Shown here one piece after another: positions 34,063 to 43,502 of a DNA stretch of 64,000 nt; within the stretch, counting starts at the first letter, position 1, and every line of letters begins with the position of its first letter. A program made the position numbers and the translations under genes. This DNA is from Pyrinomonadaceae bacterium. Its GTDB lineage: Bacteria > Acidobacteriota > Blastocatellia > Pyrinomonadales > Pyrinomonadaceae. Below the pieces are notes generated by a model. The model was not told the DNA's origin. It was given only the letters and a program-made list of their open reading frames with translations, and ran no database searches. The stretch lies in NCBI GenBank assembly GCA_041749275.1, contig JBGTBQ010000014.1, forward strand, positions 1,751 through 65,750, in the 5' to 3' direction.

Positions 34063-36495
34063 ATGCAGGAGATCAAACGGAGAAGGTCGGAGGGAGCGAT
34101 TTGGGTTCGCGCGGCGATCCCGAAGTACGTGCGCGCGTTGGCGCTCGTGCTGCTCGCGGCGGGACTCATCGCGGTCGGCGTCTCTTACTGGCGTCTGAAG
34201 GATCGGAAAGAGTTCCGCATGATCTCCGGCCCCGCGCGTCTGTCAACGGAGGTTGTGGGCGAGATCAACAACCTCGAACACCGCGAGATGCGAGGCGACA
34301 AGCTGTATCTGGTGTTGCGCGCGTCCCGCGATGTGCAATTCTCCGACGGGCACCACGAACTTGAGAACGTCCATATCGAAGTCTACCCGGAAACCGGCGA
34401 CCGCCCGGATATGATTAAGGCTCGCCGCACGATTACCACCGAGGAGAACAAACACTTCATCTTCGGCGGTGATGTGCAGATCGAGACGCGCGACCGCCTG
34501 CTGGTCAAGAGCGAGTCGGTCGAGTATGACTTGCGAACCGAAATCGGCTTCATCAACACGCCGGTCAGCTTCGAGCGAGAGAACGTCAGCGGACGCTCGG
34601 ATGCAGCCACGCTCGATGCGAAGTCGAAAAAGCTCGAACTGAAAGGCGCGGTCGAAATTACGGTCAAGCCGGATGGGGCGGGGAACGTCGCGGAGGCCGG
34701 GCCGACGAAGATGAACATTCGCGGTCGGCCCATCACGATCAAGTCGGCTTCGGCTCACTTCGATCAGTCAACCCTCCGACTCGATTTCCGCGGCGGCGCG
34801 GTGGCCGAGCAGGGGGCGGACGTGATGAGCGGCGAGCTGCTGTCGGGTCTGCTCAATGAGCAGAAGCGCGTGAAGCAGATCCTGGCCCAAGGAAACTCTT
34901 ACCTGCGCTCCGCGAGCGAAGGGCGGGCGGCGGAAATCTTCGCCGTCAATATGGACTTCAGCTTCAACGCTGACCAGAAGCTCGAACGCGCGCACGCCGA
35001 TGGCAACGTCCGCGCGCGCACGCTCGACGCGGACGCGGAGGCGCAGTTGACTACGCCCAGCGTGCTCGATGTTGACTTTCTCATACAGGGCGAACAGAGC
35101 CTCCTCAAGGAGATGCGCGCGGGCGGGCGAGCGGTGATGACGCTCGCGGCGCCGAAGTCGAAGGCCGGTGACCCGAAGGCGGCGAACAAGCGGCTGACGG
35201 CTGACGCGGTGCGGCTTTACTGGCGCGCGACAGGTCGTGACCTCGAACGCGCGGAGGTCGAAGGCAACGCCGAGTTGTTGGTCGAGCCTGTGCAGCCCCT
35301 CCCGACCGCCGACCGCAAGACGCTTTTCGCGCGCCGCTTCGACTGCTTATTCTTCGAAGCGGGGAACCTTGCGCGCTCCTTCACCGCCACGGGCGGCGCG
35401 AAGGCCATCATAGACCCGCTTCAGCCGACCGAACAGCGCGCCGCCCGCACCCTGACGGCGCAGACGATGGTCGCCGAGTTCGTGCGCGAGACGCAGGACG
35501 TGGAGCGCATCGAGGCGCGGACTGACGCGCGCTTTCAGGAACTCGAACGCACGCTGACGGCGCAAAATATGACGGCCATTTTCTCGCGCGAGACGCAGGC
35601 GCTCGAACGCCTCGACGCGCAGGGCGACGCAAAGTTCAACGAGCGTGACCGCAACGGGCAGTCCGCCACGATGGCCTACACCGCGCGCGACGCGACCATC
35701 CGCCTGCGCGGCGGCGACCCCGTCGTCTGGGACGCACGCGCGCGACTCAAAGCGCCGGAGATTGATTCCGATTCACGTCAAAAGATTTCTTACGCGCGCG
35801 GAAGGGTGACGACGACCTACTACAGTCAGGAGCAGACGGGCGGGGCGGCTCCGTTCGGCAAAGTCAAAAGCCCGGTCTTTATCGCCTCGTCGAGCGCCGA
35901 GTTTCAACACGACGCGGGCATCGGCATCTACACCGGCAACGCGCGCATGTGGCAGGACGATAACTACATCAAGGCCGACCGCATCACACTCAGGCGCGAG
36001 CAAAAGCGCATGGAAGGGGAGGGCGATGTGCAGAGCGCGCTCTATCATGCAAAGCGCAAAGAGCAGGGCGGCGCGCAGGAGATCGTTCCCGTCCACGCGA
36101 CTTCGAATCGAATGTCTTACACCGACGCCGAACGACGGCTGCACTACGAAGACAACGTTGACATCCGACAGGGCACCGAGCGGATTACGAGCGCCATCGC
36201 GGATGTGTATCTGCTAAAGGAAACTTACGAGGTCGAGCGCACCATCGCGCAACGCAACGTCGTCGTCACACAGCCGGGCAAGCGCGGCACCGGCGATTGG
36301 GCGCAGTACACCGCCGCCGACGAGACCGTCATGCTCACCGGCAACCCGGCCCGCGTCGAAGACGCCGCACAGGGAGCCTCCGAGAGCCGCCGCATGACCG
36401 TCTACCTGCGCGAGGATCGCGTCGTCTCCGACGGTGGCGAGGGGAAACAGAACTCAGGGCGCGTCCGCACGACGCACAAGATCAGAAAGCAGTGA
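34063..36495 (+). CDS. Very long membrane-anchored LptC/LptA (OstA-like) family protein
   Basis: ORF 33961..36495(+). Start moved to MQEIKRRRSE...VRALALVLLAAGLIAVGVSYW (TM anchor). It is repetitive beta-rich sequence with LptA-like strings (e.g. ..ATMAYTARDATIRLRGGDPVVWD..; ..ADRITLRREQKRMEGEGDVQS..) and lies immediately upstream of lptB. Confidence 0.6.
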   Translation: MQEIKRRRSEGAIWVRAAIPKYVRALALVLLAAGLIAVGVSYWRLKDRKEFRMISGPARLSTEVVGEINNLEHREMRGDKLYLVLRASRDVQFSDGHHELENVHIEVYPETGDRPDMIKARRTITTEENKHFIFGGDVQIETRDRLLVKSESVEYDLRTEIGFINTPVSFERENVSGRSDAATLDAKSKKLELKGAVEITVKPDGAGNVAEAGPTKMNIRGRPITIKSASAHFDQSTLRLDFRGGAVAEQGADVMSGELLSGLLNEQKRVKQILAQGNSYLRSASEGRAAEIFAVNMDFSFNADQKLERAHADGNVRARTLDADAEAQLTTPSVLDVDFLIQGEQSLLKEMRAGGRAVMTLAAPKSKAGDPKAANKRLTADAVRLYWRATGRDLERAEVEGNAELLVEPVQPLPTADRKTLFARRFDCLFFEAGNLARSFTATGGAKAIIDPLQPTEQRAARTLTAQTMVAEFVRETQDVERIEARTDARFQELERTLTAQNMTAIFSRETQALERLDAQGDAKFNERDRNGQSATMAYTARDATIRLRGGDPVVWDARARLKAPEIDSDSRQKISYARGRVTTTYYSQEQTGGAAPFGKVKSPVFIASSSAEFQHDAGIGIYTGNARMWQDDNYIKADRITLRREQKRMEGEGDVQSALYHAKRKEQGGAQEIVPVHATSNRMSYTDAERRLHYEDNVDIRQGTERITSAIADVYLLKETYEVERTIAQRNVVVTQPGKRGTGDWAQYTAADETVMLTGNPARVEDAAQGASESRRMTVYLREDRVVSDGGEGKQNSGRVRTTHKIRKQ

Positions 36496-36560
36496 CGGGC
36501 AGCAGTTGATGGAATGACAGCGTGTAGCCCTGTCAAAAGCCTGATGTTTTTGGAATTGCC

Positions 36561-37355
36561 ATGCAAACGGTCGAAACGGTAAGAGAAGAAATCACGGGAA
36601 CATCGCATAAAGGCGCGGAACGAGAGCCGTCGGCGGAGTCGCTGGCGGGGTTCGATCTGGTGAAGAACTACGGCAGGCGGCGCGTGGTGGATGGCGTGCG
36701 ACTGCACGTCGAGCCGGGCGAAGTGGTGGGGCTGCTTGGTGCGAACGGCGCGGGCAAGACGACGACCTTTTACATGATTATCGGGCTTGAGCGCCCAGAC
36801 GCCGGGAGCATTCGGCTCGCGGGGCGCGACATCACGAAGCTCCCGATGTACCTGCGCGCGCGTCTCGGCGTCGGCTATCTGCCGCAGGAGCCGTCCGTCT
36901 TTCGCAAGATGACAGCGGCGGAGAACGTGCTCGCCGTACTGGAAACGATGGGTTTGCGGAGGCGCGAGAGGTTCAAACGTTTGGAAGAACTGTTGGAGGA
37001 GTTCGGCATCCAGCACGTGCGGAACACGCGCGGCGACGCGCTTTCAGGGGGCGAGCGGCGACGCACCGAGATTGCGCGTGCGTTGGCGACCGAGCCGCGC
37101 TTCATCCTCCTTGACGAGCCTTTCGCCGGCATTGATCCGAAGGCCGTGGACGACATCCAAAACATGATCCTGTACCTGCGCGGTCGCGGCATCGGCATCC
37201 TGATTACCGACCACAACGTGCGCGAGACGCTCGGCGTCACCGACCGCGCCTACATCATGGCGGACGGGAAAATCTTCCGCTCCGGCGCCCCCCACGACCT
37301 GACGGAAGACGCGGAAGTGCGCCGTCTCTATCTGGGAACAAAATTCCGCATGTAA
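36561..37355 (+). CDS. lptB: LPS export ABC transporter ATP-binding protein LptB
   Basis: Walker [12 protein letters not shown], signature LSGGERRR, Walker B ILLDEP. Position upstream of rpoN. Confidence 0.9.
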   Translation: MQTVETVREEITGTSHKGAEREPSAESLAGFDLVKNYGRRRVVDGVRLHVEPGEVVGLLGANGAGKTTTFYMIIGLERPDAGSIRLAGRDITKLPMYLRARLGVGYLPQEPSVFRKMTAAENVLAVLETMGLRRRERFKRLEELLEEFGIQHVRNTRGDALSGGERRRTEIARALATEPRFILLDEPFAGIDPKAVDDIQNMILYLRGRGIGILITDHNVRETLGVTDRAYIMADGKIFRSGAPHDLTEDAEVRRLYLGTKFRM

Positions 37356-37467
37356 GGGGTTACGCGCCCCGGCCTCAAATCGGTTATAATCTCCGGCGAG
37401 GCCGCATCCGTGCGGCGTCGTCAGCCATCAAAAAAAATAACGCCGTCTCGATTGCGGCGGGAAGTGT

Positions 37468-39093
37468 ATGTCGGTGAAGCTCACAACAAGTCTGTCACAG
37501 CGCCTCATTCTGACGCCGCAGTTGCGCCAGCGTATTGAGATGCTTCAGATGACCTCGCTCGAACTGACGGATCTGATTCAGCAACAGATTCTCGAAAACC
37601 CGATTCTTGAAGAAGTCCAGTCGCAGGATGAGAAGCGCGAACTGGAAAAGGAAATCCTCGGCCAACTCGCCGAAGGCCACGGGGACGGTGAATCAAGTTC
37701 ATTCGATTCCTTAAACGCGCCCGAATCCCTGAACGGAGCGACCCTCTCGCCGAACGGGGCGGGAGACGCCGGTTCGCTTGATCTCCCCGCGGAGTTTTCC
37801 GACGCCGCGACGGGAGAGACAGCGACCCCCTCCGCCGATGGATTTGAAGAGGAGTTCGACGCGGGCGATGGGCCGCGCGACGCTTTTGAGGAGATTGATT
37901 TCGGGCGCGAGTTTCAGGACTATCTCGACCCCGGCTACAAGACGCAGGAGTTCGAGTACAAGGATGACGCGCCAACCTTCGAGCAGTTCCTGACGCGGGC
38001 GCCCTCGCTCGCCGAGCACCTTGAATGGCAGCTCCACCTGAGCCATGCCGCCGAGGAGCTGATTCCTCTGGCCGAAAGCGTCATCGGCAATCTCGATAGC
38101 GACGGGCGGCTGAACGCGACGAATGAGGAGATCGCGGCGCTCGGCCCGTGGACGGTCGAGCAGGTTGAGAGCGCGCGGCAGAGCGTGCTCCACCTCGACC
38201 CCATCGGGTGCGGGGCGCGCGACGCACGCGAATGTCTGCTCGTGCAGCTCGCCTCGCGCGGCAAAGACGAATGCCCGCGCGAGGTACATGCGTGTCTGGC
38301 CGAAAGATTGATCGGCGAACACTCGCTGGTCGAATTACAGCAGCACAAGCTGCCGAATCTGGCGAAGCATCTCGGCGTGGAGGTGCAGTCGCTCGTTGAT
38401 GAGATCGAGCACATCCGCAAGCTCGACCCGTACCCCGGCAGGCGTTACTCGTCGGACGAGCCGGTGCTGATTACGCCCGAAGTCATTATCGAAAAGGTGG
38501 ACGGCGAGTACGAAATTTATTTCACGGACGACGGCGGGCCGCGTCTGCGGATCAGCCACAGCTATCAGCAGATGCTCGGACGGCAGGAGACCAGCAAGGA
38601 GACGCGCGACTTCATCAAGGACAAGATGCGCTCGGCGGTTGACCTGCTGCGGAACATCGAGCACCGCCGCCAGACCATCTTCCGCGTCGTCGAGTGTATC
38701 GTCCGCCGCCAACGCGACTTCCTCGACCACGGCGTCCAGCACATCAAGCCGATGATGCTGAAAGATGTCGCCGAGGATACGGGGATGCACCTCTCGACCA
38801 TCTCGCGCGTCGTCAACCGCAAGTATGCCAACACGCCGCAGGGCGTTTTGGAACTGCGCCGTTTCTTCACCGAGGGCATGATGAACGAGGATGGCGAAGA
38901 GGTTTCGACGCGCATCCTCAAGTTGAAGATCAAAAAGCTGATCGAGGAAGAGGATTCGCACAACCCCATTACAGACGAGCAGATCGTCAAGATTCTACTG
39001 AGGGATGGCATGAAGCTGTCGCGCCGCACCGTGGCGAAGTACCGCGACCAGATGTCAATTCCCGGCTCGCGCGAGCGCAAGGCGGTGGTGTAA
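37468..39093 (+). CDS. rpoN: RNA polymerase sigma-54 factor
   Basis: N-terminal LSQRLILTPQLRQRIEMLQM, an acidic region II, and the C-terminal RpoN box RRTVAKYR. Confidence 0.95.
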   Translation: MSVKLTTSLSQRLILTPQLRQRIEMLQMTSLELTDLIQQQILENPILEEVQSQDEKRELEKEILGQLAEGHGDGESSSFDSLNAPESLNGATLSPNGAGDAGSLDLPAEFSDAATGETATPSADGFEEEFDAGDGPRDAFEEIDFGREFQDYLDPGYKTQEFEYKDDAPTFEQFLTRAPSLAEHLEWQLHLSHAAEELIPLAESVIGNLDSDGRLNATNEEIAALGPWTVEQVESARQSVLHLDPIGCGARDARECLLVQLASRGKDECPREVHACLAERLIGEHSLVELQQHKLPNLAKHLGVEVQSLVDEIEHIRKLDPYPGRRYSSDEPVLITPEVIIEKVDGEYEIYFTDDGGPRLRISHSYQQMLGRQETSKETRDFIKDKMRSAVDLLRNIEHRRQTIFRVVECIVRRQRDFLDHGVQHIKPMMLKDVAEDTGMHLSTISRVVNRKYANTPQGVLELRRFFTEGMMNEDGEEVSTRILKLKIKKLIEEEDSHNPITDEQIVKILLRDGMKLSRRTVAKYRDQMSIPGSRERKAVV

Positions 39094-39094
39094 A

Positions 39095-39154
39095 GCAGAT
39101 GCCGGATGTTAGATGTCAGATGTTGGTTTTGTCTGACATCTAACATCCGGCATC
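39095..39154 (+). terminator. Perfect 23-bp hairpin after rpoN, built from NNNGATG heptamers
   Basis: GATGCCGGATGTTAGATGTCAGA (39098-39120), an 11-nt loop, then TCTGACATCTAACATCCGGCATC (39132-39154). The left arm reads GCAGATG CCGGATG TTAGATG TCAGATG. A T5 run lies 12 nt downstream. Confidence 0.6.
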
Positions 39155-39286
39155 CGACAACCGCTTTTTGCGCGGCGAAAAGTTTAAGTAAGTCACAACT
39201 CAAAGCAGAGTCGGTGCGGTCGGGAGGCACACCCAGAAGTCCCCCGCCAGTCTCAAGCGCCCACACCGGCGGAAGGGGAAGCACTG

Positions 39287-39844
39287 ATGCGGTTCGAATA
39301 CACCGGGCGACACATGGACGTGACGCCCTCCATCCGCGCGCACGTGGAAGATCACTTCCAAAAGCTCGACCATATTTTCGAGAAGTCCTCGACGGCGCGC
39401 GCGCACGTTATCATTGATGTCATCAAGAATCGGCACAACGCGGAGATCGTCCTCCACTGGCGCGAGCACACGCTGACGGCCAAGGAGACGAACGCCGACA
39501 TGTACGGGGCGCTCACGCGCGTCATCGGCAAACTCGAAAAGCAGGCGCTCAAGCTCAAGAAGAAGATCATCGAGCGCAAACAGAGCGCGACGCCCCTCTC
39601 GGCCCTGACGCCGCGAGAGACGCCGCGCGCCGCCGACGCCGAGGCAGCGGCCTCCACCGCCAGTACGCAGCCGCGCATCATCTCGGCTCGGCGCTATCGC
39701 GTCAAACCGATGACCGCCGAAGAGGCCGCGATGTCACTCGCCGATGACTCCAACCAGTTCGTCGTCTTCCGCGACGCCGACACCAGCCGCCTGAGCGTGC
39801 TCTACAAACGCAAGGACGGCAACTTCGGGCTGATTCAGCCATAA
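39287..39844 (+). CDS. hpf: Ribosome hibernation promoting factor (long form)
   Basis: MRFEYTGRHMDVTPSIRAHVEDHFQKL plus the C-terminal dimerisation domain RYRVKPMTAEEAAMSL...FVVFRDADT..SVLYKRKDGNFGLIQP. Confidence 0.9.
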   Translation: MRFEYTGRHMDVTPSIRAHVEDHFQKLDHIFEKSSTARAHVIIDVIKNRHNAEIVLHWREHTLTAKETNADMYGALTRVIGKLEKQALKLKKKIIERKQSATPLSALTPRETPRAADAEAAASTASTQPRIISARRYRVKPMTAEEAAMSLADDSNQFVVFRDADTSRLSVLYKRKDGNFGLIQP

Positions 39845-40060
39845 ACGCCGGGCCGGGGTGGAAATTATTCTAAAGGGACGCGGCGAGACGTTTATCCGCT
39901 CGGTGAAGTGGATTTATAATCGCCGCGTTCGCTTTTGGGAGGTGTAAAGCAGAAGCCCAATCGTCGGAGAAGGCGTCTTGGTAATTAAGAGATCAACGCC
40001 CGCTCTGACCGTCGGGTTTCCGCTCGACACTACATCAAATTCAGAAGGAGAAACATTCCC

Positions 40061-40684
40061 TTGACGAAAAGAATCTTGATTGCCGTGCTCTTCGCCGTCC
40101 TCCTCGCCGTAGCTCCGGCGCGCGGGGCCGTGACGAAATACGAGATTGACACCGCGCACTCGAACATCGGATTTTCGGTCCCTATCCTCGGCGGGCTGTC
40201 GAGCGTGCGTGGTAAGTTCACCGATTTTAAAGTCGAGATCGTCTACGACGATAAAGACGCGACGAAATCTTCCGTCAACGCCGTCATCAAGGCTGCGAGC
40301 GTTGACACAGGCATCGAGCGGCGCGACGCGCACCTCCGCAACGCTGACTTCTTCGACGTGGAGAAGTACCCGGAGATTACCTTCGTAAGCAAGCACGTCG
40401 AGAAGAAGGGCAAGCAACTCATCGCGCACGGCACGTTCACGATGCGCGGCGTCTCGAAGGAGATTACGCTCCCGTTCACCATCAACGGCGTGCAGCCCGC
40501 TAAAGACGGCAAGACCGTGCTCGGCGTCACCGCACGGACGACGCTCAAACGCAAAGATTTCGGCGTCAGCTTCAGCCGTCCGGACGACCCCAACTTCCTC
40601 GGCGACGACATCGAGATCGAACTCAGCCTCGTGACTCGTGCCGCGAGCGCAATGAGCGTGGGGGCGCCGACATCCCCCAAGTGA
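40061..40684 (+). CDS. YceI-family periplasmic lipid/polyisoprenoid-binding protein
   Basis: TTG start with AAGGAGA upstream; signal peptide; YEIDTAHSNIGFSV...GKFTDF... Confidence 0.8.
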   Translation: MTKRILIAVLFAVLLAVAPARGAVTKYEIDTAHSNIGFSVPILGGLSSVRGKFTDFKVEIVYDDKDATKSSVNAVIKAASVDTGIERRDAHLRNADFFDVEKYPEITFVSKHVEKKGKQLIAHGTFTMRGVSKEITLPFTINGVQPAKDGKTVLGVTARTTLKRKDFGVSFSRPDDPNFLGDDIEIELSLVTRAASAMSVGAPTSPK

Positions 40685-40784
40685 TTTTTGCGGTTGGGTG
40701 CGCGGGCGGTAGGCCCGCACATCCGGCATGCGGCGACAACAGTGGCGTGAATCGGTGACAGAGGACTCATTTCAAACTCCGTCA

Positions 40785-41762
40785 ATGACCGTGAGCGACT
40801 TCGTCGCCCATGCACCGCCGCACCTCGGCCTTGAATTTCTGGCGGGCGAGGATGGCGCCGGCGCGCGCCTGCTCGACACGCCGCGCATCCAAAAGCTCGG
40901 CCTCGCGCTCGCGGGCTTCGCGCACTATGTCCACGCCGGGCGCGTGCAGGTCGTCGGCCAGAGCGAGATCGCGTTCCTCGGCCAACTCTCGCCCGACAAT
41001 CGCCGCGCCGCCATCGGCAACCTCGAATTCGAGAAAATCTCCTGCGTCCTTATCACAAAGGGTTTGACTCCGCCGCCGGAATTCGTCGCCGCCTGCGAGC
41101 GGGCAGCCCTCCCGCTCGTGCAGACCCCGCTCGTAAGCTCGGTCGCCATCAGCGCCGTCGCCGAATATTTACAGGAGTCTCTCTCTCCGCGCGAGACGCG
41201 GCACGGGGTGCTGCTCGACCTCTACGGCCTCGGCGTGTTGATCGAAGGGCATTCGGGCGTGGGCAAGTCCGAATGCGCGCTCGATCTCGTCGTGCGCGGC
41301 CACCGGCTCGTCTCCGACGACGTGATCGAACTGCGCCGCACGGGGCCGGAGCAACTCATCGGGAGCGCGCCTGAACTGCTGCGCGAGTTGATGGAGATAC
41401 GCGGTCTCGGCATCCTGAACATCCGCGACCTGTTCGGCGTCTCCTCCATCAGCGGGCCAAAGCAGATCGGGCTGACCATCCGGCTCGAACGGTGGGAGGA
41501 CACGGAGGAGGTTGACCGGCTCGGCCTCGAAGCCCGCACGACCGAGATTCTCGGCGTCGAGGTGCCTTGCTTTCTACTGCCGGTCAGCCCCGGCAGAAAC
41601 CTCTCGACGTTGGTCGAGACGGCGGTGCGCGTCCACTTGCTGCGCGTGCGCGGCTACAACGCGGCGGGCGATTTCGCCGCGCGCCACGCCGAGTTGATCG
41701 AAGGCGATTATCAAAGTGGAGCCAAACCAACGGCGGAGGGCGGGGCTGGAGATGGTCGTTAA
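40785..41762 (+). CDS. hprK: HPr kinase/phosphorylase
   Basis: ORF 40728..41762(+). The preferred start is MTVSDFVAH at 40785, but this is uncertain. GHSGVGKSECALDLV.RGHRLVSDDV and MEIRGLGILNI. Confidence 0.9.
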   Translation: MTVSDFVAHAPPHLGLEFLAGEDGAGARLLDTPRIQKLGLALAGFAHYVHAGRVQVVGQSEIAFLGQLSPDNRRAAIGNLEFEKISCVLITKGLTPPPEFVAACERAALPLVQTPLVSSVAISAVAEYLQESLSPRETRHGVLLDLYGLGVLIEGHSGVGKSECALDLVVRGHRLVSDDVIELRRTGPEQLIGSAPELLRELMEIRGLGILNIRDLFGVSSISGPKQIGLTIRLERWEDTEEVDRLGLEARTTEILGVEVPCFLLPVSPGRNLSTLVETAVRVHLLRVRGYNAAGDFAARHAELIEGDYQSGAKPTAEGGAGDGR

Positions 41763-42735
41763 TAAACGCGCGGCGAAGCGCGGGGAGAAGGCTGGCGCGC
41801 CGGATATCGTCATTATCACCGGCCTCAGCGGTTCGGGGATGTCTTCGGCGACGAACGCCTTTGAAGACCTCGGATATTTTTGCGTAGACAACCTGCCGCT
41901 CACGCTGCTGCCGACCTTCGCGCGTCTCGTCCGCCCGGAAGCCCACCACGCGCAACACATCGAGCGGGCCGCGCTCGTCATCAACATTCGTGAAGGCCGC
42001 TTCCTCAAAGAGTTTCCCGCGCGTCTGAAAGATTTGCGCGCCTCTCACCTCAGCGTGCACGTGCTCTTCCTCGAAGCCTCGGACGACGCGCTCGTGCGCC
42101 GCTTCAGCGAGACGCGCCGCCCGCACCCGACGGACGCGGGCGACGGCCTCATCGCATCCATCCGGAGCGAGCGCGTCGCCATGGACGTGGTGCGCGCGCT
42201 CGCCGATCAGGTGATTGATACTTCGGAGCACACGGTTCACACTCTGCGCCGCCTTCTGATCGAGCGCTTCAGCCCCGACACCGACGCCGCGGCGATGCGC
42301 GTGCAGGTTCTGAGCTTCGGGTACAAACACGGCTTCCCGCGCGACATTGATCTGATGCTCGACGTGCGCCATCTGCCGAACCCGCACTTCGTGCCGGAGC
42401 TGCGTGACTTTTCCGGCCATGACCCGCGCGTCGTCAAATTTCTAAAGGCGAGCGACGAGGTTAAAGAAACGATTCGTCGCTTCGCTGACCTCGCTGATTA
42501 TCTGTTGCCGCTCTACAATCGAGAGGGTAAGTCATACCTGACCATCGGCATCGGTTGTACGGGCGGGCGCCACCGCTCCGTGATGGTCGCCAACGCGCTC
42601 GCCCGCCACCTGCGGCGCGGCGGCTTTGACGCGACGGCTGCTCACCGAGACGTGAGCAAGACGAAGAGACTGAAAAGAGAGGCGGGTAAAGTGAAGAAGA
42701 CCAGCGGAAAGGGCCGGGCGACAAAAGCGCGGTAG
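41752..42735 (+). CDS. rapZ: RNase adapter / nucleotide-binding protein RapZ (YhbJ/YvcJ family)
   Basis: ORF 41716..42735(+). The start at MVVNKRAA overlaps the hprK end by 11 nt. P-loop ITGLSGSGMSSA; C-terminal GCTGGRHRSV. Confidence 0.9.
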   Translation: MVVNKRAAKRGEKAGAPDIVIITGLSGSGMSSATNAFEDLGYFCVDNLPLTLLPTFARLVRPEAHHAQHIERAALVINIREGRFLKEFPARLKDLRASHLSVHVLFLEASDDALVRRFSETRRPHPTDAGDGLIASIRSERVAMDVVRALADQVIDTSEHTVHTLRRLLIERFSPDTDAAAMRVQVLSFGYKHGFPRDIDLMLDVRHLPNPHFVPELRDFSGHDPRVVKFLKASDEVKETIRRFADLADYLLPLYNREGKSYLTIGIGCTGGRHRSVMVANALARHLRRGGFDATAAHRDVSKTKRLKREAGKVKKTSGKGRATKAR

Positions 42736-42750
42736 AATGAGAGCTATCGA

Positions 42751-43218
42751 ATGACGAAAAACTCTGACGAAGAAATAGAAGGAGTGACAGAAGCCGCGCC
42801 GCGTCGCGTGGGCGGCGTCGTGGTGACGCATGGGCAGGTGGCGACGGAGTTGCTGGCGGCGGCGGAGACGATCATCGGCGCCATCGGGCACGTCACCGCC
42901 GTCTCCATCGGCTGGCACGACGATGTGGACGCCGCGAGCGACGAGATTGAACGGGCTATCGAGCGTGTCTCCGGCGGTGTCGGCGTGCTTATCCTGACGG
43001 ATATGTTCGGCGGCACGCCGACCAACATCGCCTCGATGTTTCTCAAACAGGGCGAGGTCGAAGTCGTGACGGGCGTCAACCTGCCGATGGTCATCAAGGT
43101 GGCGGGGCAGACGGGCGGCGAGACGCTCGATGAAGTGGCGCAGAGTGTGCGCGATCAGGGGCGAGAAGGCATCTACCTCGCGGGCGAGTTTCTGGCGGGC
43201 GGGGCAAAGAAGAGTTGA
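42751..43218 (+). CDS. PTS EIIA component, mannose/fructose family
   Basis: VVVTHGQVATELL (phosphorylatable His) and GVLILTDMFGGTPTN. Confidence 0.85.
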   Translation: MTKNSDEEIEGVTEAAPRRVGGVVVTHGQVATELLAAAETIIGAIGHVTAVSIGWHDDVDAASDEIERAIERVSGGVGVLILTDMFGGTPTNIASMFLKQGEVEVVTGVNLPMVIKVAGQTGGETLDEVAQSVRDQGREGIYLAGEFLAGGAKKS

Positions 43219-43502
43219 TGGTCGAGCGCAGCGTCCTTGTGGTCAATCGTCTGGGGCTGCACGCACGCGCGGCGGCGCAGCTCGTTCGCACGGCCTCGGC
43301 GTTCCAGAGCATGGTGCGACTCGAACGCGCCGACCGGAGCGCGGCGGCGGAAGCCAAGTCAATCCTGAGCGTGTTGATGCTCGCGGCTTCGCGTGGGACG
43401 GAACTGCGCGCGATTGCCGAGGGCGTTGACGAGCGCGCGGCGCTCGACGCGGTGTGCGAGCTGATCGAAAGCGGTTTCGGGGAACAGCCGAGTGAAGAGT
43501 AA
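43218..43502 (+). CDS. ptsH: Phosphocarrier protein HPr
   Basis: The ATG overlaps the EIIA stop (TGATG). GLHARAAAQLV (His15 region) and AKSILSVLML (Ser46 region). Confidence 0.9.
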   Translation: MVERSVLVVNRLGLHARAAAQLVRTASAFQSMVRLERADRSAAAEAKSILSVLMLAASRGTELRAIAEGVDERAALDAVCELIESGFGEQPSEE

